NCBI RefSeq assembly: GCF_039654945.1
Contig: NW_027361677.1
Coordinates: forward strand, 18,538,001-18,602,000
Origin: Dendrobates tinctorius
Lineage: Eukaryota
DNA: 64,000 bases
Direction of reading: 5' to 3'
In this document: positions 34,291 through 48,279 of the stretch, in pieces
How the letters are laid out: each line of letters begins with the position of its first letter
Position numbering within the stretch: position 1 is the stretch's first letter
The notes under the pieces: model-generated
Database searches by the model: none
What the model saw: only the letters and a program-made list of their open reading frames with translations
What the model was told of the DNA's origin: nothing
Program-made: the position numbers and the translations under genes

Positions 34291-37200
34291 CTGCCAGAAA
34301 TAAAGAATAGCAAATGCTGAGGTCAGACAATTCTTATCATGGTGTCACATACCCAACATTCACGGTCTGAGTACGGACCGGTCCGGCGTCTGAACCTCAT
34401 ATATGTCTATAATACTGATAGGGCTCAGATCAGGAGACCGGCTTCCGGTCAGGACTCAGATTGTGAATTTTGGACAGGGTAAACTGTCCTTAAGTCTTCC
34501 AAAAGAGCAAAAAAATATCCAATATGTTTTATAGTTAATTTAATATAACTATACTGGCAGGAAAAGGGCAACAAAGTAATTTTGAATTCTAGTCTTAATT
34601 TAGAGGGGTTGTCCCTACTGAAGCTCTTGCGTTTATTAGCTGATTGTTATGGGTCGGGCTCAAACCCTACAGATGAGCTCTACTGATAAATGATTTCTTG
34701 AGAAAGAGTAGACGGGGTATGTGCATATATGCAGTGGATGGTTCAGACTGATTTTATGGGGTCTTTGTACTGCAATAGTTGCATTGTAGCCGATCATCTG
34801 CGGCGCAAATTGACCTGCAGCTTAAAATTTGCAGCATTTCAACATGTACTATGCAAAATGTGCAGCAAATCTGCACATTCCCTTGTAGGGTTCAGCAAAG
34901 ACTTTAGATAAGAGTCCACTAGAGCTGAAGGTTTGCAACCGTTTGGCCACTGGATGGCGCTTGCGACTCATACACTGAACAACATGGACTAAAACTGGAT
35001 CCCAGGACTTGAACTAGCCCCTAGCTAAGAATGAGAATTTTTATGGAGTGTATATATGATATATATATATATATATCTATCACTTTTTTACAGACTTACC
35101 ATGACAGCCAGATCACACACATTGAGCTGAGGTTCCCCTGGAATCATGGAGTCCTGGTGCTGATGGACGATAGGAGAAATTCCCAACATCACGGACTTAT
35201 ACTCGAAACTAGTTATTCTGTAAAAAAACAAGCAAGAAAAGTAAAAAATAAATAAATTCCAGCCTTGTGATATCACTGGAGAATCTATACTGTACTCTGG
35301 GTTTGGGTGCACAGCCGGTCCCTGCGGTGCTGTCGTAATATCTGCAGCACATATAGGGTTACCCCCTCCATAATCTAGGGTGGGTGACCCCTGGGGACTG
35401 GAGCACAGGTGTGCGGTGCACTTGCTTCATTTACTATATTTGACCCTTCAGCTGTGTGCTGGGGCTTGTGGTGCGGGGGGAGCAGTTGCGTTGCAAGACG
35501 CAGGGGTCATGTTCCTGATACAGAGATGACCTGCATAACTCTGTGTAAGATGTGGTCTGCAAAGATCTCGGGCCCCCCCATCTGTCTCACCTGCTTAATC
35601 TGATGGCCAGAAAATGCCTAAAAGTGCTCGGCCTAACTCCACCGACCATCTATATCCAGAAGCCTGATGATACCCGGAGGTCACTGCTCCATCTGTGTCA
35701 CTGTCACTCTCATTCAGCTCAGGCCTTATCGCCTTCAATATTGGATATAACGTGCCACTGTAATTATCTGGTGGGCTGCGTGATCAGCAATCCCCTAATA
35801 CACATTTACAACTGCAACTTATCCCTATGTGAGCAGCACAAGTGTAAAGGATTGTAAAGGACCCTTCTGGTTTAAGATGATTTCAGGATAACTACATGGT
35901 GTCAGTGAATGTAAACATTTATCCAAGGAATGAAAATCCATCTTTTATGTCTTTCTCTGCAGGATTCCTTACATTATAGATTTACAAATCACTAAAAGGT
36001 TATGGACACCTCAATCATGGAAAAAATTGCTTTTTACATCTGTTATTGGCTGCCTTTAGATAATATAATTGCACCAAGTTTCATGCCTTAATTTGCTTTC
36101 CGGGATCTCTATATGCAGTTTGCAGCCTGATCCAAATTCATAGTTTAACCTTGTGGCAGTTTCCCTCCCAGTAATGTAGGCTGGATGTGAGATATGTGTC
36201 TCTCCTAGTAATATAGGCTGGATGTGAGATATGTGTCTCTCCTAGTAATGTAGGCTGGATGTCAGATCTGTGAATCTCTCCCAGTAATACAGGCTGGATG
36301 TGAGATATGTGTTAGAATCTATTTCGTTTTGACCATCCGCCATCTTATTCTGGATTTCTGGCAGCTGGTCTTTTTCCCCTGGTGCTGGGTTTGTCTGAGG
36401 TCAGGTGATTGTATCACCCTTTATTACCCAGCATCTGCCTCCCAGTCCTTGCTGGACAACAGTGTTAATCCTCTAGAGTTCTGGCTAGGAGCTTTGATGG
36501 CGTTCTGTGTTTGATATCGTGCAGTTCTGGGATCTCTAGTTCAGCCTGCTTTGTTTTTTGGTTTTCCTTTAGTTTCTGCAGCTTCCGCTACTTTCCTACT
36601 AGGAGGTTACCTGTTTTCTGTTCCCAGTCCCTAGTTTGTTTCAGGGATACCCTTCCCCCTACCTTTAGGTCTTCGTTTGAGTTTAGCCTAGGAAACGTCG
36701 GTGGGTCTATTCACAAGGAATAGGTCACACACGCCATCGTAGGGCTTCAGCCTAGTCCCAGTACAGGATCAGCTTCTCCCCCTTCTTTCCTAGTAGAGTT
36801 GCAGATCCGTAACAATAAGTATCTCTCCCAGTAATACAGGCTGGATGTGAGATAGGTGTCTCCCAGTAATGAAGGCTGGATGTGAGATCTGTGTGTCTCC
36901 CAGTAATATATGCTGTATGTAAGGTCTGTGTGTATCTCTCAGTAATATAAGCTGGATGTGAGGTCTGTGTGTCTCCCAGTAATATATGCTGTATGTGAGG
37001 TCTGTGTGTATCTCTCAGTAATATAGGCTGGATGTGAGGTCTGTGTGTCTCCCAGTAATATATGCTGTACGTGAGGTCTGTGTGTATCTCCCAGTAATAC
37101 ATGCTGAATGTGAGCTCGGTGTGTCTCTCCCAGTAATACATGCTGGATGTGAGATCCAGGTTTGTCACCCAGTAATATATGCTGCATGCGAGGTCTGTGT

Positions 37201-40200
37201 GTCTCTCCCAATTATACAGGCTGGATATGAGATTTGTGTATCTCTTCCAGTAATATAAAGATAAATGGAAAGTTTGAGTGTCTTTCCCAGCAATACAGAC
37301 TCAATATGAGATCTGTGTGTCTCTCCCAGTAATATAGGCTGGATGTGAGGTCTGCATTTCACACCCTGTAATATAGGCTGGATGTGAGGTCTGTTTGTCT
37401 TTCCCAGTAATATAAGCTGTAACCACCGATCGACCAAACCGCTGCACGACCAGCTCTACCCTCGCCTACTGTATTATCACCCATCACCCCTTGAAGATTG
37501 TGAGCCCTCGCGGGCAGGGTCCTCTCTCCTCCTGTACCAGTTATGACTTGTATTGTTTAAGATTATTGTACTTGTTTTTATGCATACCCCTCCTCACATG
37601 TAAAGCGCCATGGAATAAATGGCGCTATAACAATAAATAATAATAATAATAATAAGTGATCTCGGTGTGTATCCAGAGTGCTGCAGTCTTGATTAGCTCA
37701 TATATCAGCACAGCTTCCATCCTGAACCTATTTCCTCTTCATTATCTTTCCGCCTTCTCTGTAGCCTCTTTCTCTGCCACCCTCTAAAATGTAAATACTT
37801 TCTCCCCTCTCTACACCGTGGAGATCTGTGAACAACCCACTCCTCCTTCTTTCTGCTATCTCTAAGGCCTCTTTCACACATCAGTATTTTTGATCAGTAT
37901 TTGTATGCCAAAACCAGGAGTGTCTCCAAAACAAAGAACAGACATCAGTCTTTCAATTATATTTTTTTCTTGGTAAGTTCCATTCCTGGCTTTGGCATAC
38001 AAACACTGACGTGTGAATGAGCCTTAACACAGAAAGCAGGGAGGGGGAGCGCACAGAGAGCTGACAGGAGAAGGAACGTTGTCCAACTTGTATCAGTTTT
38101 GCAAAAGCACTGAGCTAAATAAAGGATTTACAAAATCTGTTATAGGAATACTTATATGTGTTCTATGAATAAATCATCATTTTACCTTATCGGATACTTT
38201 TCTCCAGGGTCTCTTCCCAGGTGGAACAGGAGAGGTTGGAGGTGCTCCACCTGGTCATGTGTTGTTATTCCAGTAATGTTTTGTCCCGGGCAGAAATTAA
38301 TACCCTGTAATGCCAAATCTGGGTTAGACTGATGTTGGGATTATTCGGTATTATTCCATACCTAGATATTAGGGAACATCCATGAAATTACTTATTTTTC
38401 CAAGCAAATACTTGCAAAGAAGGTGAGGAGATCCTTATTGAGTTACTATACGTCCGGTGTCTTCTCTGGATGTGTCCACGGTCGCATATAATGTTGTCCT
38501 CTCTGATAAAACTGCAAGAGGACTTTTCAATGGTTCCATAAGTCACGACTACTTACCTGGGACAGTTCCTCCCATGAGTTACTCCATGTCCAGTAATGAG
38601 CTTTATATGGTCCCCACCGGACCGCCATCAGCTCATTGCCGCGATAATAAAATATCGGCCTAAAGGCAAAGGGACCAACAGTCTTTAAAGTCTCAGTTCA
38701 TCTAAAATCAGCCGTCCTGCCGCCATTGTGTGTGATCCTGACCTCTCGATTTCTTTGCCCTCCAGAATGACAGGAGACAGATCAATGCCGTCTATTACTC
38801 TGTCTGCAGGGGGGTCCAGTCCTGCCAGCACCAAACTTGTAGTGAACAGATCCATGATGCTGCTCAGCTGGTAGCTCACCTACGGGGAACAAATGCATCC
38901 ATTGTTAGGCCTCTTTCAAACTTCGGTTTTTTACAATCAGTCACAATCCGCCAGGTTTTGAAAAAAATGGATCCTCAATTTTCTTTTGAGGATCCGTTTT
39001 TTTTCTCCATTGACTTTCATTAATGGCGGATTGTGACGGATTGCTGTCCGTTGCATCCGTTTTTTTGGAGGATCCGCCAAAAGTTGCTGTCCGTCACCAT
39101 CCTCAAAGATTTCAAAACGGAGCTTGTAACGTTTTTTTTTCTGGCGGATCCTCCAGACACTCATTTAACCCGAAATTCTTTCTGGGTGCCGGACAAAAAA
39201 AAAAAAAAATTCTTTCTCTCTCTCTCTCTTTCTCTCTCCTGCGATTCCTTTAAACTTCTTCATTTTGCGGATCCGTCAAAAAAACGGATGGGTGGCATCC
39301 GTTGTCATCAGTTCTAAAATGGATCCAGCATCCGTCCTTTTGGCGGATTTTGACTGATGCAAAAAACTGAAGTGTGAAAGAGGCCTTAGGCGAAAGGGGG
39401 GGGGTGGAGAACATGAAGGAATTATATTAAAGGGATTATCTACAATTTTGCTGGGGGATTTAATTTCCGGGACCTCCATTGATCAGCTATTTAAAGGGGC
39501 TTTGGTCCTCTGGGGTGTGCCGCATCCTCTTCATTATGTACCAGGCAAAGCATCAGTACCAGTCAAACACTCAGTACCAGGCAAAGCATCAGTACCAATC
39601 AAAGTCTCAGTACCAGGCAAATCCTTAGTACCAGGGGCGACCACTATGAATGTGCCTGCTAAACAAGAAAGAGGACGTGGCACTTGCCTGCATGCTGCGA
39701 CCACTACAAACAATTAGTTGTTGAGGGTGCTGAGTCAGACCCCGACCGATTAAACAATAATAGCTTGACCAGTACTTTTCATAGGTCATAAATAACAGAT
39801 TAAACATCCGACAGTCCCAACACTCAGCTATGGCAACCAAAAATAAACAGCAATGTAGTGCTTATTGTCGGGTACTGCAACTCAGATCACATTCATTTCA
39901 ATAGGAGCTGAGCTGCAGTACTTGAAAGCAACCACTACAGGGTGAATGGCACTGTTCCATACTTTCAACTGCCATGGGAGTTGCTAAAAACTGATCATGG
40001 GGGAGTGCCAGACATCGGAACCCCACCATTAAATCGATGGCTTATTCAATGCAGTGTTAGATCAGATCCATGTCAGTATAAAGCCTCATTCAGACATGTG
40101 TTTCAGTACACGTTTTATCTTTTTGTTGTTTTACGGCTAGAACACCAATCCATTATACTCTACGGCTCTATTCACACGTCCATCTTTATTTTTCCTTGAT

Positions 40201-43200
40201 CACGTATCGGCGAGAAGAAAAAAAAAAATCACGCAGAAGTGTCCGATTCTGATTCGACTCACGGATCAAAATAAGCCAAGCAAGTGTACATGGCTGTGAA
40301 AAATCATGGTCAGCACGGGGATGCAATCCGTTTTTAACCCTGGATAGAGCAGTTGAAGCTAAGCAATTTTTTTTGCATACAATAAAATGAAACACTGAAC
40401 AAACCCATCAAATGAAGATCAATCCCTTTTTTTTATGTGCGAGAACAATCACTGATGAGGCCTTGCGGGGTCTAAAGTTTGGAACGGCAAAATCTGAAAA
40501 TACTCAAGTTGCTGTACGTCCATCTCTTGGATGGTATCCGAAAGATTTGCTTCTCAGTCTTATGACAACATTGAAAAACAATTTGTATTAGTAGTCCAAA
40601 ATTAGCAAAAATGATAAAAAATAAAAAATAATTCCAAATTAGCAGGAGTGTCGCTGGCGATATTGGAAGGCAGAAGCATCAGGTCAGTGGTAGGAAGAGA
40701 CACAAGGGTGACCAGATAAGAAAATCAATAATGGAAATGCCCAATAATCTGGCACATCACCAGTCACAGAATATTTGGATTTTTTTTTTTTTTTGCCTTT
40801 TTGGAACATTTTTTTTTGCTCTGGAAAATGAGTGAGTTCGGAATCAAAGAAAATAAAAAGCATGGAGGAAAGAATAATTGACCTCAGCTGGTCGCCCAGC
40901 GTTATCAGCACGGCACAGACATGTAGTAATTTTCCTTCTGCATTTTACTTCCTTAAGGCTCATTCACACGTCAGTGTTTGGTCAGTATTTTGCATCAGTG
41001 TTTGTATGCCAAAGCCAGGAATGGAACTTACCGAGAAAAAAAATATAATTGAAAGACTGATGTCTGTTCTTTGTTTTGGAGACATTCCTGGTTTTGGCAT
41101 ACAAATACTGATGAAATACTGATCAAAAATACTGATGTGTGAAAGAGGCCTTACAAAGTGCAATACGTTTCTGCTACAAAATGTAATTCATGCTGCCCAT
41201 GGGTCGGACGACACAAATGACATGACATGTTCCTTGTTGAAAATTGGGTTATTGTTTTGTCCTCTGGAAATTAAATGTTACATGCAGTGCCGCCAATGGA
41301 GAAATGGATCATTATACGGGTCCCTTGCATCTATATAGCGGCATAACTAATGTATTAGGCAGGACTATCTAGTAGACAATGAATGAATTAAGATTCTGTA
41401 CATTAGTTTGTGCATTTATTACCTTTAGTACCTTAGCACAACTTACCTGCCCAGCAACCAAATGCCCCGGCCACCAAGCAATGCCAGGCACCCTCATGCC
41501 ACCCTCGAATGTTGTCTGCTTTCCGCAAAGGAAAGGAGAGTTACTGCCGCCTGCAAGAAGATAATTAAAGACATCGTTATTCCATCGCTCTGATGTAAGA
41601 ATCTAGATTCTAGGAAGTCGGGAGACAGATCGGTTACCTTGGTTAGGAGCAGAAATTAGCGCGGCTCCGTTGTCGGATGTGAAGAACACGAAGGTGTCCT
41701 TGGCAATTCCCATGTTCTTTAGAAGTTCCAAAATTTTCCCCACGCTGAAGTCGATTTCACGGACCGCGTCTCCATACCTAGAAAAAAAAAAGGTAAAGTC
41801 AGAAAGTGTGCCGGGATTTACCGGATTCTTATGTAGGAAAATTAAATCCCCATTTGGTTACCGTCCCCGGTAGTAAAAGTGGCGCAATGCAACAATACAT
41901 AATGAAAAACTTGAGTTTACCCTTTGCAAAAAAAAAAAAAATAGGGAGTAAGGCGCTTACAGTCCTCGGCGACTCGATCCTAGGAAGGGGCTGGAGGCGT
42001 AGACAGGCGCGTGAGTGGCATCTATGGCCCAGTACATAAAGAACGGCTGTTTGGTGGTCCCATACTTGCTGATAAAATCCACGGCTTCCTGACGAGAGGA
42101 GATTATGTATTAGGTGGTTGAGAAAAGACCAATGGCCATCAAGTTCAGAAAGGAAGATGATCCGGGCTAATCTTTCCCTCCTGATCCAAATTGTCGATCC
42201 ACTGGACAAAAATTAAAGATTTCTCCTATCCATGATATCTGGGGTGGTCTGACTGCTGGGGGTCCACCGATTCTGTTGAATGGAGCAGAGATGAAACTGC
42301 CAGATATAGTTGACGTTTCTCCGGCCGCCCATAGACTATGTAGGGCGGTTCTGCAACTTCTGCTCCATTTGCAGAAATTGCTGCAACCCCCAGTTATCCC
42401 CATGGGGCCGATTTTTTTTTTTCTCGGATCGAGCCGGTTTGGGAAAAAAAAAAATGCTGCATGTCCAGATCCAATTATCTTCTTCTCATCCAAGAGAATC
42501 GGATCTGAGAGTGATTTATAAAATGGACCCGGTTCTCTCAGGTACACGCCGGGGTGACCCCGGCTTTAGTCTCCTTTATCCTGATTTATACTTCATACTA
42601 TAAAACACTTTTCTCTATTACTAGGGGTCTTACGTTACTACCTGCAGGTACATCTGCGTTAAGTTGGACTCCCCCGTCTTGTGATTAATCAGTATGTCTT
42701 CGTAATATCTAGAAGGAAACAATGGTAGTGAAAAAGGTTAAAATAGTTAAAAAAAAAAAAAAAAAATCACTAAAAAATATTGATTTTTTTTTTAAAGTCG
42801 CTTTCTCACAATCTGTATTTATTCTGTGTACGGGATAGGTGGTAGATATCTGATTGTTGGGGGTCCAAATATTACGGATCCCCACCGATTACTAGAACAC
42901 GGGCTCTGATCAACGAGGAGGTGAGGAGGTCGCTCCATTTAAAGTGTTGCTCTCATATTGTTTCTTCCGGAGCACACAGCTTATCTGGCTTCGTGCTTGC
43001 TGGGGGGAGCAGTAGACTCCTGAAGATTGACAGTTCGGACCAACATCATGGTGGCGCCGCTGCTCCAAACTGTGTGATCTCCAATGCTGCTAGCAAAATG
43101 GCTTTTCCAGTGATTTTCTAGATTCTGAGCAGCGCTTACAAGCTCTACAGCAAAGAGCTTGCAAGTGCTGCGCTCCTTACTTAGGAAACCGGCCACCTCT

Positions 43201-46200
43201 AATTAGCCCGCACGGGTAGCCAACAATTAAAGCTATAAACTACGTCATTAAAAAATGATTTTTAATAAAAAGGTAAACGGCAAAGTTGCTTGTTCATATT
43301 TCCATCCATTCCTGGGGGACGTTTCTTATACTGATGGTAAAGGGGGGTCTACAATTACAGAATTACATAGTGCCAGATGTTTCACCTTCCAATCATCTCC
43401 CAGTCTCTGTACACCGGTATATTTGGTCGCTCTATATTATCATAAGGCCCAAAATGACAGTTTGGAGAACCGAACCACTCGTCGAAACCGCGGCTCAGCG
43501 GATGATATTTATTTCTGTGCCCCAGATGCCTGCAGAGAGGTCAGAATAAGAAAAAGGAACAGGAAATGAAATCCAAAGTTTCTGGATGTTACATGTATCT
43601 GTGGGGAATGTATCACATACGTGATGATACATAATTGGTATCGACATGAGTTTTACATATAGAGAATATTTTAGTTTATTTTTTCCCCAAATCTTCAATG
43701 GATATTACCAGATAGGGCTTAGAAAACAAAACACTTTTGTAATTTACTGCTTCTTAAAATTTGCAGCCGTTCTTGAGATATTAACACTTTTCTTTTTTTT
43801 GTTTACAGCTTGTTGCCTAGGAGACTGACCACCACTGTTCATTTGTAAGCAGTGCTTTAAAACTGGTGCGGCGTGCGGGACAGGAGGTGTCACAGTTCTC
43901 CGGTGATCCCAGATAGCTTCAAAACGTTCTGCTGTCGAGCAGCGGTGGTCGGTCTCCAAAGCAACGAGCTAGAAACAAAAGAAAAGTCTTAATATCTCAA
44001 AAACGGTTGGAAATTGAAATATGCAGTAAAATGCAAAATTGCTTGTAATTACTAGCACTATCTGAAAATACCCATTTATGAAGATTTAAATAACCCTTTA
44101 AAACACGTTAGGGTCACAGAAATGTTAGGTCCGTTTAATAGCCAATAGCCACATCAAGTGTAGCCCTTTACCCTTGTCAGGTGGATCTCCATGGAAAAAA
44201 GACATTGGAGATATTCATCTCCCACACCAGCTCCGATCCTCCATACTTAGCACTGTGTCCCCCCACTGGTCTACTGGCAACAATAACTGCCAGGAGCATC
44301 GCAAGACCGCTGCAGCCAATCAGCCACCACTGATCAGCTGCAGCCACCACATTTCGTTAGTGCTGTGTATGGAGGAATGGTGCAGGTCCAGGAGGAGATT
44401 ATCTAATTTTTTTCCCTAACACCCTCAGGCCATTTGTAAGTGGCTGTTAAGAAATGGATGACTTCTTTAGAGGGAATCTGTCAGCAGATTTTGGCTATGT
44501 AATTTTAAAGCACCATGAGATAGGGGCAGAGACCCTGATTCCAGTGATGTGTAAAATCAGTGTTTTATCATCAGGAGATTATCACTTCAGGACTAGGTAT
44601 CTCTTGCCTCCTAGTTCAACCACACCCCCACCTCTGATAGGCAACCTTCTGCCAATCAGTGATGTGGGCGGTGTTATACACAGCTCAGTATTCCGAGCTC
44701 TGCAGCAGAGAAAACAGTGATTGTATCACAACTGCTGCACCCAGTAAAATAAACGACACACCGCTGGAATCAGGGTATCTTCCCCTACGTAAGATTACAT
44801 AGCAAAAACCTGATGATAGATTCCCTTTAAGCTTCTAACTGGCTGTGATGCAGTCATATAATGACGGCATATCCTAGAATTCGCATTTTTAGGTCACATC
44901 TATTGAAATTTTACCATTTGCCGACAATTTTATTGATGTATCCGGCCTTCTTCAGCAGCTCTGGCAGTAGCACCTCCGAATCAGGAATCCCACCCAGTAT
45001 CTCCTGCGGGGTGTAAGCTGCGAACGGGAGGAAGGCAGGTGAACAATCATAATTTTTCTCATTGGCATTAAACCAGCTAATTTTTTTAAAAGTTTGCAGC
45101 ATCTGTCAATAGATGTGAATAAATGACATTTCTGTATATAGAATCAGCACAGTCATAATACATTGTCCTACAGCGACAATTCATGGCTGCCCTTACCGTT
45201 TCTGGCATGGTCATTTGTAGTATAGAAACCGTTCCGTATGGGAAAACGTCCCGTAAGTAAAGACGCTCTGGCTATGTAATAAAGAGATAAATATTGTAAG
45301 AACCATTTTGTCCATATAATGACAGCGATCGCATACAACATCCATATTCATACCAGGGCAGTAAATGGTTAAGTGCTTCTATCAAATGTTTCTGAACTAA
45401 CAGACCTTGCACAATGTCAGAGCTGAAAGACCTTGCTCAACTGTGCTGCCCTTATCTACATTGTGCAGACACCCACAAAGTGGTGGCAACATCCCCGGGG
45501 GTCCGATCACTGAAAACTGGCCTCAATTTACTGCTATTATTAACATTTGGTTTTACAAGGTCTCTTAGGGCTTGTTCACAACTTATGTTTTGGCTGTGAT
45601 TTTATGTGTTGTTTTTTTTTTTTTTTTGTGGGTGTTTTACAGCACCAGCAAAATGAATGAGATTTCGACAATTTTTTCCTCGCAGATTTGAAACATTGAT
45701 GTCATTTTTGTAAAGCTGCAAAACGTGTGTATAGACCCTATAGGGACAAAAGTCATCTGCAAAGTTGCTGGAGCAAATGGACAACTTTGTATCAAGACCG
45801 ATCCGAGGTGAGGTCATGGAAGATAGCCCTGGAACTCCGGACCAGTATTACAATCACTTCTGCCTCAGCAGTCAGGTCACCTCGACCAGCAGTGGGTGGC
45901 AAAGTTGTAATAACGCAGCAGTTTTGTTTTTTTTTGTAATTATTGTTGAGCTGTTTTTCTTTACATTCATGATAGCAATTTTTCTGTTTTTCTTTATTCC
46001 CCTATAGAAAAGTTTTTTGTTTATAAAAAAAAACAAAACAATCACTTCTGCCTCAGCAGTCAGGTCACCTTGACCAGAAGTGGATTGTAACATAACATAA
46101 TAATAACGTAGTAGCTATTTTTTATAATTGCTTTTGAGCTGTTTTTCTTTACATTCATACAAGCATTTTTTCTGTGTTTCTACTTTCCTATAGAAAGATA

Positions 46201-47881
46201 AAGAAAAAATAAAAAAATGCACTAAAAGGATAAAAAAGAGACATTGTTTTTTACATTGTGTCATACTGCCAGGTCTGCCTACAGCCTTTTTTTCCTAATA
46301 AAAGATAGCAAAAAAAGTAAAGTTTTTCCAAAAAAGAACACATAGGCCCTGATTAATGATTTGCGGGGTTTTTTTTTCAAGCCACCTTTTTTTTTTTTGT
46401 TTTGTGGTATTTGATTATGGTTTTTGGTTTATTCCAAATTCTTAAATATGGCGGATGCAGTTCATGAATCTTTGTGCTAAATTAAAAACTGCATTTTATT
46501 ATTATTATTATTATTATGCATTTATATAGCACCATTTATTACATGGCGCTTTACATGTGAAAAGGGGAAATATAGACAAGTACAATAAACATGTGTAAGA
46601 CAAGGGACACAAAATACATTTTTTTTATAACTTTTTTTTTTCACCCGTTTTTAATTTTTGCCTAATTCTTTATTTTAATTCACAGCTTTTAAAAATATTT
46701 CTTTTATATGCGTCCCTCCATTTTATATTCGCCATTGTGGGTTTAGTATTTCCAGATATTTTCGACCAATTGATCAACTGTGACGCTTTACAAATTTTAC
46801 ACAAATATACTCCATACCATCCCCCAATTGGATTTTGGTGAAAATTTTTGCATCATTTTTAGTGAAATAAGTGACTTTTTTTGCGCGGGGGGGGAGGGAC
46901 AAAAAGGTGAAAGAAAAAAAAAATAAATAGCATTTTTATTTTTGGCGCAAAATCCACAAACTACATGTTCCATTATGAAGAATTTGGTGCACAAAAAAAA
47001 AAAAAATAAATAAAAAATTTTCAACAATCAAAAGAAATAATAAGTAACTAAAAAGTAAAATGTTAAAGCGGGCTTTTTTTTTTTTTCCATAGTTTCAACT
47101 TTAGAAAAAAAAAATCCTGATGGGGAAGATATGGCGGGACTGGAACACAATTGTGCAAAAAAAAAAAAAAAATATTTGTAACTTTTTTTGCGACCTTTTT
47201 TTGCTAAAGTAATGCAGAAATTCCGGACATACATAAAATCACTCGAAGAGAGGACTCGAGTTCATTGGCGCAAATTTTTTTTTATAAAGTCGCAATTGAG
47301 GAATCGGATGAAAATATCTGGAAACGCCAAACACCTGTGACGACGATGATCGTAAGGAAAAAAAAAAACAGATGAAAGCAAAAAAAGGTGAAAAAAGCTC
47401 AAATAAAGAAAGAAAAAATGTAAAAAAAAATGCAAATTTAACAGTGAATCGGACCCCAATTGGGAGATCCCCCCCCTAATATTTCTATGAGACTATCGTT
47501 AAGTATCAAACTTGGACATGACACTTGGGTCACCTCTGGCACTTACACGGGGAGCACAGGGGATTGGCGGTGTAAAAATCAGGGAAAAGGACGCCTTCTG
47601 ACGCCATCCGATCCAGATTAGGGGTCTCTTTGGAGGGTTCTCCGAAAACGCCGAGATCTCCCCATCCCATCTGCAAACAAAAAAGAAGCCTAAAACAGGG
47701 GAATGAAAAGTTTGCAAAGTTCTGTAAACTCCCACAGCAAAACTTTTTTGCAATGAAGAAATGATTGCACACGAAGTCTTACGTCGTCCATCAGCAGCAG
47801 GATGATGTTGGGTCGGGTCCCATTAGTTGCCAGGATTGGCCTGAAAAGACACAGAAACACCAGAGAGGATACAGGAAACAT
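34204..47881 (-). CDS. GALNS: N-acetylgalactosamine-6-sulfatase, spliced gene (14 coding exons, ~515 aa)
   Basis: Exons join in frame (1548 nt). Signal peptide, [17 protein letters not shown], formylglycine motif [38 protein letters not shown]-terminal [14 protein letters not shown]. Confidence 0.97.
35100..35217 (-). CDS. GALNS: GALNS coding exon 13
   Basis: [35 protein letters not shown]|GTAAGT. Confidence 0.94.
36165..37420. repeat. 38-40 bp minisatellite (CCCAGTAATATAGGCTGGATGTGAGGTCTGTGTGTCT)
   Basis: Tandem copies in GALNS intron 12, interrupted by a solo LTR. Confidence 0.9.
36310..36814. mobile_element. Solo LTR inserted in a minisatellite
   Basis: TGTTAGAATC...GATCCGTAACA termini; flanks ATATG/ATAAG; interrupts a repeat unit. 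Confidence 0.7.
37420..37654 (+). mobile_element. L2-like LINE 3' end with (TAA)n tail
   Basis: GATTGTGAGCCCTCGCGGGCAGGG...TGTAAAGCGCCATGGAATAAATGGCGCTATAA; related copies at ~16700-16815, ~15272-15372 and ~46500-46600 (minus). Confidence 0.7.
37866..38023. mobile_element. MITE, near-identical inverted partner of 40957-41150
   Basis: TIRs GGCCTCTTTCACAC / GTGTGAATGAGCC. Confidence 0.8.
38186..38304 (-). CDS. GALNS: GALNS coding exon 12
   Basis: [18 protein letters not shown]...[13 protein letters not shown]. Confidence 0.95.
38557..38659 (-). CDS. GALNS: GALNS coding exon 11
   Basis: [31 protein letters not shown]. Confidence 0.95.
38743..38879 (-). CDS. GALNS: GALNS coding exon 10
   Basis: [36 protein letters not shown]. 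Confidence 0.95.
38908..39385. mobile_element. Harbinger-type MITE
   Basis: TTA-GGCCTCTTTCA...TGAAAGAGGCC-TTA. Confidence 0.8.
40957..41150. mobile_element. MITE, inverted partner of 37866-38023
   Basis: Reverse complement aligns to 37866-38023 over its whole length. Confidence 0.8.
41447..41550 (-). CDS. GALNS: GALNS coding exon 9
   Basis: [29 protein letters not shown]. Confidence 0.95.
41638..41777 (-). CDS. GALNS: GALNS coding exon 8
   Basis: [16 protein letters not shown]...[16 protein letters not shown]. Confidence 0.95.
41961..42088 (-). CDS. GALNS: GALNS coding exon 7
   Basis: EAVDFISK...[23 protein letters not shown]. Confidence 0.94.
42642..42708 (-). CDS. GALNS: GALNS coding exon 6
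   Basis: [22 protein letters not shown]. Confidence 0.93.
43386..43529 (-). CDS. GALNS: GALNS coding exon 5
   Basis: [31 protein letters not shown]...YRDWEMIG. Confidence 0.95.
44469..44826. mobile_element. TTAA-type (Kolobok/T2-like) MITE; related copy at ~51487-51872
   Basis: AGGGAATCTGTCA...GATAGATTCCCT-TTAA termini; internal sequence shared between the copies. Confidence 0.7.
44915..45017 (-). CDS. GALNS: GALNS coding exon 4
   Basis: [35 protein letters not shown]. Confidence 0.95.
45197..45271 (-). CDS. GALNS: GALNS coding exon 3
   Basis: [25 protein letters not shown]. Confidence 0.95.
47547..47670 (-). CDS. GALNS: GALNS coding exon 2
   Basis: [41 protein letters not shown]. Confidence 0.96.
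47783..47881 (-). CDS. GALNS: GALNS coding exon 1
   Basis: [33 protein letters not shown]|GTAAG. Confidence 0.9.
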
Positions 47882-48279
47882 GACTGCCGGAGGAGAGAAG
47901 AGGGCGGCTGCTGGGGCCTAGGGGGTTAAAGGACATGTGATGCTATTGCAATCATGTGATCGGTGACAGGCGGGAGGTGTGGAGCCATGTGCTGCTGCTG
48001 ATCGCAGTGGGTTTTCCTATATGTGTCTATGACTATGTGGGTGCATAATGGAGCCTAAAATCACCACTCTCCCCCCGCTCTGTAACGTTACGGGGTCTCC
48101 ACTTAGTGGCTGAGCCGCTGCGGTCCCTTCCACTTCTCAATAATATCACTCACAGGTGATGGGGGAAGATTTAGGAGGAAGAAATGTCATGAATGGACTT
48201 GTTACCCCCGGTGGCTCCTATTACAGGACCGCAGGGCGTTCTGTCACATGTTAGTAAAGGCAGACGGCATGGCGGGGAG

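Noticed and set aside
38390-38511. Possible extra GALNS exon in intron 11 (acceptor-like CTCTTGCAG on minus)
   Set aside because: It would need a ~45-nt intron and contains an in-frame stop; exons 11 and 12 already join correctly.
45850-46200. ~190-bp local tandem duplication in GALNS intron 2
   Set aside because: Ordinary diverged duplication with no coding or splice signal.
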